63,802 nucleotides of DNA, filler included, from Reticulomyxa filosa (GCA_000512085.1; 22 parts of 22 records of this genome joined end to end with filler, not necessarily neighbours in it), one strand, 5' to 3'. Positions 38,201 to 51,340 are shown, counted from the first letter of the whole stretch. Numbers and translations are program-made. Notes: a model not told the origin generated them from the sequence alone.

Positions 38201-40859
38201 AGATTGGCCGAAGAAATGCAAGGTAAAAAAGAAGTGGACGTTTATGGAATACGTAATCACACATGGCGGTCGAGTGAGCACACTCTCATATGGGACTATT
38301 CTTCTCATATCGTGACTCAATTTGGTGCAAAACTCCAAACCAACAGCACCAGCAAAAACAAGGGAGGAGGAGAATGCTAAATAGAAAAAGGAGATTTCGA
38401 GGATGCCGCGTTGGATTCGTTTTAAAAGAAAAGAAAACAATTCGTTCAACTTACTTTAGTAAGAGAATGGGCTATTCACACCTTCGAGTGACGGGTTTGC
38501 GCGCTTTTATGCATGGACTAATTTCACATATTGCACCCCTAAATGAAACTTCTTAACTGGTGTGGCAATGTTCAAGCGCAGTGCCAGTGATACTTATAAT
38601 GGCAACGATGAAACAAAGTCAATGCCCTCTTTCTCTTTTATCAATGACTTCGACGCATTGTACTGGTATTGTGTGCGCCAATATTTGGATACCGCTGCTG
38701 NNNNNNNNNNNNNNNNNNNNNNNNNNNNNNNNNNNNNNNNNNNNTTAATTAATTAANNNNNNNNNNNNNNNNNNNNNNNNNNNNNNNNNNNNNNNNNNNN
38801 GCTCATTTGCCTCGGATGCTGTCTTCCCGTCTGAGAAGCTACGATAACCTAACACACGAGTGCATGCACGCAATTGCGAGATCGATGGTATGTGACTCAC
38901 ACTAAACGTACGACGGAGCATTTCAATCACAACAATGCAGTTTGAGGACAAATCAATCACCCCTTTCTTGACTGTTTCTAGTATTGTTAAAATTCAAATC
39001 ACATTTAAAGTTAAAATCCAATATTATTTCTTTTTTCTATTTTGTTTCAATAAGATTGTTATGCTTTGTTTTGGTAAGCGTTCGTTTTTATTTCAGTGTA
39101 TTTTAAGTGAAACGAAATCGGGTCATATACGTAAGGCGTAGTGAAGATAAAACAATTTGATAGCAAAGATGAATAGTTTCATCATTCTTTCTTACTTAAT
39201 CTACCCAACACAATATACAATAATTTTGATGACATCACAACTTTCATTGTCATTGTTGGTCTCTTCTTCATTCTCATCTTTTTTTTAACTCTTGTTTTAT
39301 TCTTCATATTCTCATCATTTTCTTGTTCCTCCTTTTTTTGTTCTTATCGTCTTCTTCCTTTCTGTTGTACGTATTCTTCTTGGCATCTACTCCTACATGA
39401 CGGTAAGAAGATACTGCAATTAATTCCAGTTATCAGTTTATTTAAAGACACAAGTAAAAACCAAATCGAGTCTGTATATCTTCTACTTTCTTTTAGATTT
39501 AAAATATTAAAGTTCAAAAATTTTTTACGATGAACACAATTTGATTAAGATATCAGATGAGCTGGAGGGAGGACATTAAAATTACCATTAAAAAAAAATC
39601 AAAAGAAACTACAATTCATACAAAAGACAAATTTTTAACCCAAAAATTTGAGGCAAGTGTTACATACTTGCAATCGAATATGCACCACTTCACTTTATCT
39701 TTTCTTACTTGGTACCGCAACTACCACAATCATTTTCCAATTTCTCGATAAGACAGTTATTATATTCTTTGGAGACCTATGTTATATACGTGTATATTGA
39801 TCATATATAATTCAATCACATCACAAAAAGATATTATAACTTGGAATATAGGTTGCAAAAATAATCACTATAATCATCAGCTCACCACTTTTAATCTATC
39901 ATGGCCACATTACACGATATGGACCTCCAATTTTTTTTCCAAATTGTACGTCGTTCAAAACGCAATAACATGCCCCATATTTGATGCACGCTGTCACTGA
40001 AATCGATATTTGTTCAATGATGAACAAATAAATTTTATTGGAAAAATGATAGGTATGTGTGTTGTAGTGCGGCTTCCATGATTCGACGACATATTGGATT
40101 TCTATCAGCAACAATTTGACCGTGATGTTGCCATTTTTGCTTTCATGTACTGCAACCATCGATATTGCTACTGCTGACATTGCTGTCACCATTTCCATTA
40201 TTGTTGGAAACTTGCTGCAGCACCAATGGCAATGTAATAGCAAAAACGTGTCCATTCGCAGTCCAAAAACTCATTGTTACACCTTGAAATATCTATTAAA
40301 AAATTTCAAGTAGCACATACCACATATAAATAAATAATCAGTATACGTAAAAGATGTTGTGTTGAATATGTATATAAAAAAATACTTTTTCCAAGCAATG
40401 GATCCAATTACGATTTACGTCAGGTGACATGAAGAGGAACAAGTGCAATAATAGCAAATCCTTGTAGCGTGATACATTGAGTCCTTGCTGTTTGAATGTG
40501 CACTTGGATTTCAATGACAATACCACTGTCAAGCATTCCTTTATTTTGAATCGTTGAACGGACTTGAGGAAATCATTGAAAGGCTCGTCCCTTAGAGCTA
40601 ACATTTTTTTTGCGTGGCGGACTTGTCAATGACAGACTCTTCCACTTCTTGAGCCCTGGTGATTCGGTTTTTTTGATAACCGAACAATCCGTTTGTATCC
40701 ACAGCGACAAGGTCATTGGGAGGGAGGGGAGCATAATACAATCGACTTCTGGCACTGACGTTGCCCAACAGCGCTCCCAACACATTACAAGAGATTGATT
40801 GCACTGTTTTGTCAAATGGTAGCGCGATTTTTGAATAGTCGATAGCCCAGCAAAGATGA

Positions 40860-41030
40860 TCGGCGCTTGTTCAAGTCAAAAAGTGCAACAGCCCTTTCTG
40901 CATCTCTTTATATCTCTTCACCAATAATCAATGCTCAATGTCTCACGAGCTCATGATTCTTCCCGTCAGCACGCGCATGATACAAAATCCAAAGTTACGC
41001 ATGTGCGCACGCATACAATCAGTTTCGACA
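40860..41030 (-). repeat. Second copy of the same unit, inside a larger minus-strand pseudogene (~39900-41885)
   Basis: Reverse complement CGAAACTGATTGTATGCGTGCGCACATGCGTAACTTTGGATTTTGTATCATGCGCGTGCTGACGGGA aligns with CGAAACTGGTTGTGTGCGTGCGCAAATGCGCAAATGTTGGGTTTTGAACCATGAGCGTGTTGATGGGA at 37573. Confidence 0.75.
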
Positions 41031-42049
41031 CGAGCGATCAATGTATGCATTTCGATTGTTGTTTCCGCGCCATAAACTTAGGGACAATTTTCACAACAAT
41101 CGAGCTTTCCTTGTTCGCCGGCGCCGTCTTTTGAATGGATCGAGTTTCCACTTGACATTGTCACAATCGTGCAGCAACTTCAATTGGGTTTAATCATGCC
41201 TTTGTAACGTCGGATGAAAATTCTTCCCAGACCTCTTGGAATTGCTCAAATGTGACTTGGGATGGGGAATAAAGAGTTCTCTGTCAAATTGACGCTTTGA
41301 CATATATCATATTTCTTGAATGTCAGCACGTTCCTCGAATTGATCAAAAAAATGAAACACGTCATTGGGCAGCAAATCAAAGTTGGATTTTTGAAACAGT
41401 TTGGATACTGCACACCTTCAATGTCGGTTTCATCAAAGATCAATTGCCCGTTCACCTGACGATACCCAATCCCTTTTGTAAGCTCCAAGAGGGCGTCACA
41501 ACTTCAAAACCCGCCTTCACATTTTGGACATCGTCGTTTCAAATATTTTGGCTGCTCTGATCATCGTTGTGGTGACGTTTTGCTTCTTTCACAAGTACTC
41601 ATCGTTTTGGTGGACATGTAAAGTACGTATTCCTTTGCGCGCTCCATTGTTCCTGCTCCATATCTATCTGCTCGCCTGTCGCAAAAATGCGTGATAACGA
41701 TGAAACAGATCGTGGCTGCCAATGCCATTGGTCAATTTTTACAATTTCACCCACTTCAAGGTGCTAGTTGTCTTTTTTTCTTCGATTCTGTCCATTTTTG
41801 AGACTCTTTCGAGTTGCGTTGCTGTCTTGGTCGAACTCGGGCAGCAAATTGGCTGTAATGTTGAAGCGTGAGCGAGTTTATGCCANNNNNNNNNNNNNNN
41901 NNNNNNNNNNNNNNNNNNNNNNNNNNNNNTTAATTAATTAANNNNNNNNNNNNNNNNNNNNNNNNNNNNNNNNNNNNNNNNNNNNTGCAAACAAAATTTT
42001 TAACTTTTATTCAAAACAAAAAATATGCATGCATATGTGCTTGTTTTTT

Positions 42050-43532
42050 TTAAATACCGCATTCAGGTATTTCACAACGTTTTGTGCATCTTTTTTCGGA
42101 ACACTCATGCCTTGTATGTTCCTTAGAATAGTTGATTTCACACTTGTTTGAACATCCAGGCAAAGAGCAATTTTTATTGCAATAATGGATGGGACTATTA
42201 CAAATGCAAGCTGTTTCGCTGTTGTGACCAAAGTTCAAGCCACATTTTTCATTACAATTGCCGTATTTTTTCAATGGACAATCCTTATCACATTTGTGAT
42301 TCTTCAGACGACAGTCATGAAAAGACTCATGGCCTGCTTGCAATTTGCATGGCAAAGCCTTTTCTTTGCCATAAACACTTGCATTGACTTCACAACAGCT
42401 ACATATCTGATCACATTGATGCGATCCCAAACAATTGTGCTCAGTTTCGCTATTCCATTGATGCGCTTGTCGCAACAGACATAAGAAATAGCAATGTTTA
42501 CATTTGGCTCCACACAACATAAGTAGATTTTCCATTGTCTGTAATTGATTAAGCACTATGTTGACGAAAGGCTTGACAAATTTAGCCACCACTTCATCTT
42601 GACTACGCTTTACACGTTTGTCAGTTGTGTCAATCTTTTGTTCTTGCACATTATTATTTCCTCGAAGTGTTTGAAATCCAAATCCATGCAATTCATTAGC
42701 AATCCATTTATCTAAGACCAATTCTCGTCTTAAACAAATCAATTTTAAGAACAATTGGAATGCAATAAACCATTGTCTGTGAGTGGAATGACCTCGTTTG
42801 TATTCGGGCATTTGTCTCTCAAATTCACTATATAAATATTTCAAAATATTGTTATGAATTAAATTCAATCCACCATTTGGAATATTGTCCAACATCTTTT
42901 CAAAACCCTCCTTCCATTGCTTTAATTGATCGATTTGTTCAGTCACCATTGTGTTTGACTGATCATTACTTTGAGAGTAAACATGTTCCAGTTTTTGCAA
43001 AAGAGAGTCGATCACGTCTGAATTTTGTACAATCATTTTTTCTTTTATTGTTAAACCCACTATTTCCATTTCCTCATTGACATCAAAGCGTTCCAATGAT
43101 TCAAATGTTTTAAAGATCGCCAAAGTTCCAAATTTGATTACACATTCTATGTATTGCTGCACTCTCTCCACTGCCAATTCCACAATCTGCTCCCTTAGAT
43201 TCGAAGCCCAATCTTTCATTGTTAGTCTCGCCATAATCACTTTCATGTGTTGCAAGAAGGTAACACCACCATCACCATGAATTATCGGCAAACTTTCAAT
43301 CTGTTTTTGCAAGACCGAAAACTTTTTGAAAAACGAATCGTGCATCAATGGTGGATAAGGTTCAATGTAAATGTTTGTTGGATCTTTGTACATTTGCATT
43401 ACAAATGACTCTGACTCCCCATTTTTGTCTGCACTGTCACGACAAAATGACTCAATTTTGGTAGTAAATTCAGACATGATTTGTTTGATATCTGCTGGAG
43501 GGATGTCTTTGACAACAATGAACAAACGACCT
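42050..43532 (-). CDS. Internal fragment of a VLIG/GBP-like very large GTPase with a Cys/His zinc-finger array
   Basis: LFIVVKDI...IMSEF...PYPP and GGVTFLQHMKVIMARL...DW resemble, from memory, the post-G4 region of fungal/protist VLIG-type GTPase-vWA proteins. Followed by repeated C-x3-C...C...GH...H-x-C units. The P-loop lies outside the contig. Confidence 0.55.
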
Positions 43533-43632
43533 NNNNNNNNNNNNNNNNNNNNNNNNNNNNNNNNNNNNNNNNNNNNTTAATTAATTAANNNNNNNNNNNN
43601 NNNNNNNNNNNNNNNNNNNNNNNNNNNNNNNN

Positions 43633-44782
43633 GGTAATGACCTCGACGAGCTGGAGCGCAAGATCAAGGCCGCCGGCATGAGCAAGGACGGCAAGGAAAA
43701 GGCGCTGTCCGAGCTGAAGAAACTGCGCATGATGTCGCCGATGTCTGCCGAAGCCACCGTGGTGCGCAACTACATCGAAACCCTGATCGATCTGCCCTGG
43801 AAGAAAAAGAGCAAGATCAGCAAGGATATCGATGCGGCGGAAACCGTACTCGACGAAGACCACTTTGGCCTGGAGAAGGTCAAGGAGCGCATTCTGGAGT
43901 ACCTGGCGGTGCAGCAGCGCGTTGATCGCCTGAAAGCGCCCATCCTGTGCCTGGTAGGGCCGCCGGGCGTGGGCAAGACTTCGCTGGGGCAGTCGATTGC
44001 CCGTGCCACCGGTCGCAAGTTCGTGCGTATGGCGCTGGGCGGCGTGCGCGACGAGTCCGAGATCCGCGGTCACCGTCGTACCTATATTGGCTCCATGCCG
44101 GGCAAGGTGCTGCAGAACATGACCAAGGTGGGTGTGAAAAACCCGCTGTTCCTGCTGGACGAAGTGGACAAGCTGGGTGCCGACTTCCGTGGCGACCCGT
44201 CCGCGGCGCTGCTGGAGGTGCTGGACCCGGAACAGAACCACGCCTTTGTCGACCATTACGCCGAGGTGGATTTCGATCTGTCCGACGTGATGTTCGTGGC
44301 TACCGCCAACTCGCTGAATATTCCGCCGGCGCTGCTGGACCGCATGGAGATCATCCGTCTGGCTGGCTACACCGAGGACGAAAAGGTCAACATCGCCACC
44401 ACCTACCTGCTGCCCAAGCAGATGAAGAACAACGGTGTGGTGGAAGGCGAGCTGGTAGTGCAAGAGGCGGCCATTCGCGACATCGTGCGCTACTACACCC
44501 GTGAAGCGGGCGTGCGTAGCCTGGATCGCGAGATCGCCAAGATCTGCCGCAAGGTGGTGACTGCACACAGCAGCAAGAAGAGCGACAAGGTGACCAAGAC
44601 CACGGTCAGCAGCAAGACCCTGGAAAAATACCTGGGCGTGCGCCGTTTCGACTTTGGCCTGGCCGAAGAAGAAAACCGCATTGGTCAGGTGACGGGCTTG
44701 GCCTGGACCGAAGTGGGCGGCGAGCTGCTCACTATCGAGGCGGTCGCCTTGCCGGGCAAGGGCAATATCATCCGCACCGGCC
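43633..44782 (+). CDS. lon: Bacterial Lon (La) ATP-dependent protease, internal fragment on a foreign GC-rich contig
   Basis: [33 protein letters not shown], Walker [20 protein letters not shown], Walker [17 protein letters not shown]. No introns and strongly GC-ending codons. Confidence 0.98.
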
Positions 44783-44960
44783 NNNNNNNNNNNNNNNNNN
44801 NNNNNNNNNNNNNNNNNNNNNNNNNNTTAATTAATTAANNNNNNNNNNNNNNNNNNNNNNNNNNNNNNNNNNNNNNNNNNNNAATTATCACACGTATACA
44901 AGAACATATACACATATGTATGTACACATATAAAAATGCGAAAAAAGTGTGCACACAAAA

Positions 44961-46238
44961 TTACAAAAAAAAACTGTGCGTTGCAAATTTGCGTGAACGT
45001 TCGGCTTTGGAAATGTAGTAATAGAACTGCGCAAAAATTAAGTGAGTGTTTGAATTGGAACAAGCCATTGGCCATTTGGTATTATCTTGGATTTGCATGT
45101 ACATTTTTTTTTTCTTTTTTTTTTGATGATGACGACGAAGGGATGGACTTGCATGGCAATAGCGAGTGATTACGTGAGTAGAATTCCAATTTCCGGTGAT
45201 TGCTTTGTACAGCAAAGCAAATTCATGGATCTCTTTGTAATGGAGCAAATAACTCAATATTTTGTTACACACAAATGGAGAAAAGATTGGACTTGCTGAT
45301 ACACTATGCTTTGGCCATTGAGTAAACAGCTGCAACAATAGCGGCATCGTGTCATTCACATAACGTACTGCGCACATACGTCCAAAAAGACGTGCACTAT
45401 TTTCTTGGAGAGACAAATTGAGAGCGATCGTGCAACAACGATGCAGCAAGCGCACATACGTATAAATCAAATGGATGCAGTTTTCGTGCGCTTGTTTGTC
45501 CATGATTGCAGTGGACGTAGTTGAGATGAGGGATGGAGTATGTAGGGTGTCAATCTTTTCAATCCCTGATGCAACCAGGTCTTTATTTTGACACATGTCC
45601 AAATATTTTTTGCTTTGAGTTTCCAAATTTGTTTGTAGCTCTCGTTCAAGCTTATCAAAGAAATGCATTGCAGGTCGAACCCAATTTTCTTTCATTGTGG
45701 GACGGTGACATTGTGTTAATGCGTTCAAATATAATACTTCGATTTCATAAGGCACGCCTCGAAACGATGCAGTGGTTGATGTTAACAGACCTTCTTTTGA
45801 TGCTGCGCTTTTTGTTAGATTTGCAAAAAACGGGACTATGTTTTTTTCATACATGTCAATCATGTTCGCTATGTCTTTGCTTTTTTGTAATTGCTGCAGT
45901 ATTTGGGATACATAATACATGTTCAAATCTATTAATAGCTTTCCCTTTTCTAAAGCTTGACATTCCTCAAATACCGTCCAATACTCCTCATTCGTTTCGC
46001 AGTAGGCTAGTTTGCTATTAAAAAGCGTCATCTGCTTCTCTTTTCTCTGCTTCAATTCTTCGTCCACCGTCGATACGAACAACGCCACTTTTTTCCCTCG
46101 TGATTTTTTTTCATTTGCTTTCAACTGCGCCATAACTGCCTGCAATTTTGTCGTTATGGAAGTAAATCGCCTAAACGAGCATGGATATGCATTCTGATAA
46201 GAATAATGCAACGGTCGGATAAGAAAACCATATTTCAT
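44961..46238 (-). CDS. Helical-repeat (PPR-like) protein with a possible mitochondrial presequence
   Basis: Basic, hydroxylated, acid-free N-terminus (MKYGFLIRPLHYSY...SFRRFTSITT). PPR-like segments MYYVSQILQQLQKSKDIANMIDMYEK and FVCNKILSYLLHYKEIHEFALLYK. A probable intron at 45173-45086 would end the CDS at 45038. Confidence 0.5.
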   Translation of the reverse strand: MKYGFLIRPLHYSYQNAYPCSFRRFTSITTKLQAVMAQLKANEKKSRGKKVALFVSTVDEELKQRKEKQMTLFNSKLAYCETNEEYWTVFEECQALEKGKLLIDLNMYYVSQILQQLQKSKDIANMIDMYEKNIVPFFANLTKSAASKEGLLTSTTASFRGVPYEIEVLYLNALTQCHRPTMKENWVRPAMHFFDKLERELQTNLETQSKKYLDMCQNKDLVASGIEKIDTLHTPSLISTTSTAIMDKQAHENCIHLIYTYVRLLHRCCTIALNLSLQENSARLFGRMCAVRYVNDTMPLLLQLFTQWPKHSVSASPIFSPFVCNKILSYLLHYKEIHEFALLYKAITGNWNSTHVITRYCHASPSLRRHHQKKKKKKMYMQIQDNTKWPMACSNSNTHLIFAQFYYYISKAERSRKFATHSFFL

Positions 46239-46552
46239 TATTGAAGATCAGAAAGAGTTTTTATTTATCATTCTTTCTTTTTTTTTTGTCAAGGGCATTG
46301 TTTTAACACATTACCATTGCTAAAGAAAAGGTATGATGATAATCGAACCACAAATAATGAAACGTGCATAGAATAATAGAAATCCAAATGCAGTATTTAT
46401 CAAAAAGCTGAGAACAGAATCTGTTTACGTCTTATTACATCTAGATACATGCTTAACAAATCCGAAAAGGAAAAAGCATCTCTTCTACAAAACAATAGAA
46501 TTTCACTGTTCTGATGAAAAAGAAAAGGTAATCAAGGGCAAGTGCCAGGATT

Positions 46553-48799
46553 TCAAGCCCGTCGGCGATGATACCGCTGAAAGACAAAGGCATAGCCACT
46601 GGCGCAATGTGCCCATGTAAGTTTACGTGGGAAATAAGCCAACTCATTTTCAAAAAAGAACACATTTTCTAACCAGCTCAGAAGTGCACACTGGTTAGGA
46701 TTTGTTAAATCTTTATTTTTATGTCCTTCACTCTGTGCAATACTGCGCCAATAACTTAGCAATTGTCGCACTGTCTCTATAGGAGTTTTTCTCATGAAAT
46801 TTTCTAATTCATCTTCAAGAGATTTTTCCAAAGGACGCTGGTACAATTCAGACACCAAGTTGAAAATCGTACCCTCATCAGTAGATTTAGTGCGCACCCA
46901 ATGATCTAATTGGCGCCACAAAGCACCAATGTGCTTTGTGCACAGAGTGATTTTGTTATTTCCCTTTGATTTGATGTCAAACATGGCATACTCTGCTTTC
47001 TCAAATGAAAGATTTGCCATTAAATCAGACAAGGTTTCGTTTCTGTTATTGTTGTGTTTGTTTCGTAAATTGGAGATGTTGTTATCTTAATAATGGCAAT
47101 GTAACTTATTATTATTTTTTTTTTATATTAAAAAAAGACAGAATAACAACACTTAACGGATCAATTCTCTTTACACATTGATGCAAAAAAGAAATAGTTT
47201 GACTGAGCAACTCCAATGCCTTTTGTCCTTCCATCGGTGAGCGAGTGGAAGCAAGGAAAGTGTTCCACAGATCGTCATCTAAGAGATCAATCTTCAACTC
47301 AGGATTGTTAGCCTCAATGAGAGCTAAGGAATTTTCGATTCCCAGCTCATTCGAGAATTGGAAGAACGGAGTGGAAATGGCCAGAATGCGTCGATTGCTG
47401 ACGAATTGATTGAATATTTCATTTTCGATCGCTTCCAAATCCAAATACTCGTCAATATTGCCATTCACACAGCCATATTCTAACACAGGGACACTCCATA
47501 GCCGAATAATCTCCATCACCTTGTCTTTGTCAATGGCAATGATATCTTTGTCGCTAATGTCAAACAGGGACTTGTTCACGGCAAACGACGCCGATGATGA
47601 TGATGAGGGTAGCAATGCATTAGGATTGTGTTCTTGTTCGTTTGGATACTTTTGTTCATCGTCTTTGTGATCCCCTGGTTGGTCGATCGCTTTTTGCTTT
47701 GTCAGCACTTTTTCGAGAAATTCGTTGTTCACACTTTGCAACAGTTCAATAATTTTGACAATCATTAAACCATCACCACTGTCTCTAGCAACGCAGAGTT
47801 CAGGACTGATGGGCTTGTCACCCAAAGACGGAAGTATGAAGGACTGACACTCATTTTGGATGCGCTTTTGTGCCAAATTATTCCAACACTGTTTGAAATT
47901 GTTCCAAGATTGTCGATATATTTCGATTTGCGACGGTGTCACCCATTTGTTTGAGGGGTCCTTTTTTTTCTTTTCGAGGTCTTGGAAGATCTTTTCGATC
48001 GAATGTTGCTGGAACGCTGCTTGGGATATCTTTCCAAAATAGTGTACGTAAAGATATCTCATCCATGCACCAATGTCCACCAAATACCGGACATTCCATA
48101 GCAAGTCTGTATTCGCGAGCAAAATCGATCCCAAAAGTGGACACTTTAATCCCAATGAATGATCGTTTCGAAAGCGTTGGATCAAATCTTCGATTTGCAC
48201 TTGTTTTGTTACTAAAAATAAGTGGGGAAGAAACTCTTGTTTGTACGATTCTTCCAACTGTTTTGTCTCTTCAATTTCAGAGAATAAATCACGACGTTCT
48301 TGTTCTTGATTTTTTTTCACATCGATAACACTTTTGTTTCGAAGTCTCAAAAAGGTGAGTTTGTTCGCGAAATAGCTTCCATACTTCATATTGAACTTGG
48401 TCTCCATTTGATAAATACCATTCGCATCGTCTATTTTCTCGAATCCTTGGGGGTACCATTGGTTAAATGTCGCCGGCAAATCATCCAACAAAGAATGCAA
48501 GCCAAAGCAAATCTCTTCTTCGTTCAAATTCGTTACTTTCATCAGCAACTTCAAATTCCCTTTTGCTTGCTTCCATAAAAACTCGGTCATTTCTGTTTTC
48601 TCCTGCTTATTTAGCAACTTCGCCAATTCAGGACAATTTTTCGCACAAGAGCCGTTGCGGATTAATAATGGCAAATGAATTAGCAAACGTAGCAAGGTGC
48701 ATACCACTTCATCGATTTTACGTATTTGTGTCATTCTGTCATATCTCCAATATTTGTCTGCAATTGCTAATTCTTCATTTGATCCGTCCAATAAGTATC
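46553..48799 (-). CDS. RNF213-like giant E3/ATPase, C-terminal two exons, 5'-truncated
   Basis: A 559-aa ORF plus a 159-aa ORF joined by an intron at ~47152-47032. Motifs LLRLLIHL, CPLL...RYLVDIGAW, WNNFKQCWN, GDGLMI...LQSVNNEFL and DLEAIENEI...FV resemble, from memory, the RNF213 C-terminal region. Confidence 0.6.
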
Positions 48800-49383
48800 T
48801 TTTATTTATTTATTTAATCCTATTTGTATATTTTTTTTGCTTAAAAAAAAAAAAAAAAANNNNNNNNNNNNNNNNNNNNNNNNNNNNNNNNNNNNNNNNN
48901 NNNTTAATTAATTAANNNNNNNNNNNNNNNNNNNNNNNNNNNNNNNNNNNNNNNNNNNNTATTTTTTTTTCCATTTAAGATGGGTAAATTATTTTATTTG
49001 ATAACACTCTCCTTAAATTGATGAATCTGGTTTTTAATAAAAGTTTGTGCTCTGACTAAGAAACTATTTTAATGTCTTGTCCATGTATCAATTTCCATTG
49101 GATTGTTAACAATTAAAAAATATTATACAACTAGACAATTTGTAAATACGTCGATGGAACTTTCAAAAGTTGAGGAATGAGAATGAAAAAAAAAAAGAGA
49201 ATACACCAATCCTTTGTTAAAAAACGAGAATGGAATTAAAAAAAAATTAGCTCATGTATAAGAAAGATTAAAATAAAATAACAAAGAGCGAAATGAACAA
49301 ATAAAAAAAAAGAAAGTAGTGTTTATCTTCTATACAATAAAAAAGATAACTTGTATCCTTTTATCATATCTTTTTTTTGTTTG

Positions 49384-51340
49384 TTATGAAAAAGTGAGAT
49401 CAGGTGCAGAAGTGATAGTAGCAGGATCATTGCTAGGATTTTCAACAGGCTCAAACATTTCAGATGCTTTTCTACTGGCACTCCTACTTTCCTCATCCCT
49501 CTGTTTTTTTTCTTTTGCATTTACATTTACATTGTCAGCTACATCCGATATCCTCACTTCACCTTGAGCTGTAGTTTGTGTCTCATTCGTATTGCCATTA
49601 TTACCATCATCATTATCATTCTCCTCTTCCTCTTCATTGTCACTATCATCTTGAGGTGTGACGATTGAGACATTAGGTTGTGGTTGAATATTCGAATGGG
49701 CAAGAAATGAAGCCAGATCCACTCGCACTTCCCCTTCGACTCCCTCCATACCTTTCTCTCCCTCCTCTTCTTTGTTTTTATCAGATCCAACTGTCACTCT
49801 TGTTGCATGTCTCACCTTTTTGTTTGTTTGTTTGTTTTTTTTAATGCATGTTAATTTCAAACATCCTGCAACAAACTTCTTAAATTAAAAAAAGAGATAA
49901 CTTGTTGCTTTGGTGACAACTCTTGTTGAGGAGCAGTCATATCGCTAACATGTTGTTGGGTTTGCTTTATTGCTTTCATCGCGAGTTTGGTTCGAAAATA
50001 ATACCACCCAAAGGCCACACACACAACCATTAGCAACGCTATCAGCACAGCAATTATCAATACCAATGTCATGTCCAAACCTTTGGAATGCTTGGTCAGA
50101 GTCTTTTCAATCATTGCTTTTTTTTTTTTGAAATAAGAGATGTATACGTATATATGTATACATATATTTCATATTTTTTTTTTTTTTTGTTTAATGAACA
50201 AATATGTGGAAATTACAAAACTCGAAGAATAAGTTGGAGTTGGACTTTGTGTTGGAGACCTTGTAGATTAGTATTTTATGGAAAAGGGAGGGGGAAGGTG
50301 TATAATGACCACTTTATTTAATGATTAAAAAAAATTCCAATTAAAAGTGATCAATGAAGAAGAAAGAAGAAAATAAATAAACAAATATATACATATATAT
50401 ATATATATATACGCATATATGAATGACCATGTTGGGAAAAGGGTCGGATTCTTGGCTGTAGGAGCTCTCGAAGGAAGGACTGTTGGTGCTGGGGTTGGTT
50501 TTGCGCAACATAGTACCTAGTTTTTTTTGATGATTGATGGTCATATATATTCCTATATATTAGTGTATACATATATATGTATATATAAACATAATGGTGG
50601 ATCACTCAACTCCACCGTAATTTGTATTGATACATTTGGCCGTGTCCAATTCATCTGAGCCATTGGTTGCCTCTTTAATTTATATTTATATACATATGTA
50701 TATGTGTATATAATATTTTTTTTTTTTTTTGCTCATTAAAAAAAAAGAGCGTAAATATATAACTCCATCCTATTTGAGTCGTGCATTGATCGGAATAATA
50801 TGCACTTAATGGGTCGCATTTGGAAAAGCAATTGACAGGACTTGGAGTGGGGTCGGTGGTGGAACAACCCCAAATGTCATCTTTTCCTGTTCCTCCGTCA
50901 TTGTTACAATCTAATCCTCCATTGCTACTTTCCAATGTCGCGAAAAATGCCTTTGGGTTTCGCAGTTTTATGCACGTTTCATATACCAAACCCAAATCTT
51001 TTGCACGCGTTGCTGATGGACATACTTCAAAATTGCTTGCACATAAGAAGGCTCCATTCTTTACCCCGCCAGTTGACCAGTTTCCATAGCACGCATACAC
51101 CTTGTCATTTGAGAGTACTTCACAGTCACCTATTGTTGTTTTTTTTAAAAAAATAATAAATAAATAAATTTAATTGGAAGGATCGTCCTTCAACTCTTTC
51201 TAACAGTCTTTACCTCTGACACAGGCTGTCGAATCTCCATCGCATTGTGAGAGTGTGCGTGTGAGTCCATATGCACAGCCAAGACAATAGGCTCCACTCG
51301 CTTGTTTCAACAGATACAGGAATGCGATCAAAGTCACCAT
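49384..51340 (-). CDS. Type I membrane protein: signal peptide, Cys-rich domain, Pro/Thr stalk, TM helix, acidic tail; multi-exon
   Basis: MVTLIAFLYLLKQASGAYCLGCAYG, ACYGNWSTGGVKNGAFLCASNFEVC...DDIWGC, VLCCAKPTPAPTVLPSRAPT, TM LVLIIAVLIALLMVVCVAFGWYYF, tail DDSDNEEEENDND. Middle exon junctions uncertain. Confidence 0.7.

Noticed and set aside
38801-38950. SQLRACTRVLGYRSF (minus) as a further copy of the KLxVCVR unit
   Set aside because: Only L, C, R and F positions agree, with no clear nucleotide alignment.
43585-44568. 327-aa antisense ORF and 185-aa alternate-frame ORF over lon
   Set aside because: Shadow ORFs expected from GC-rich codon bias; no independent motifs.
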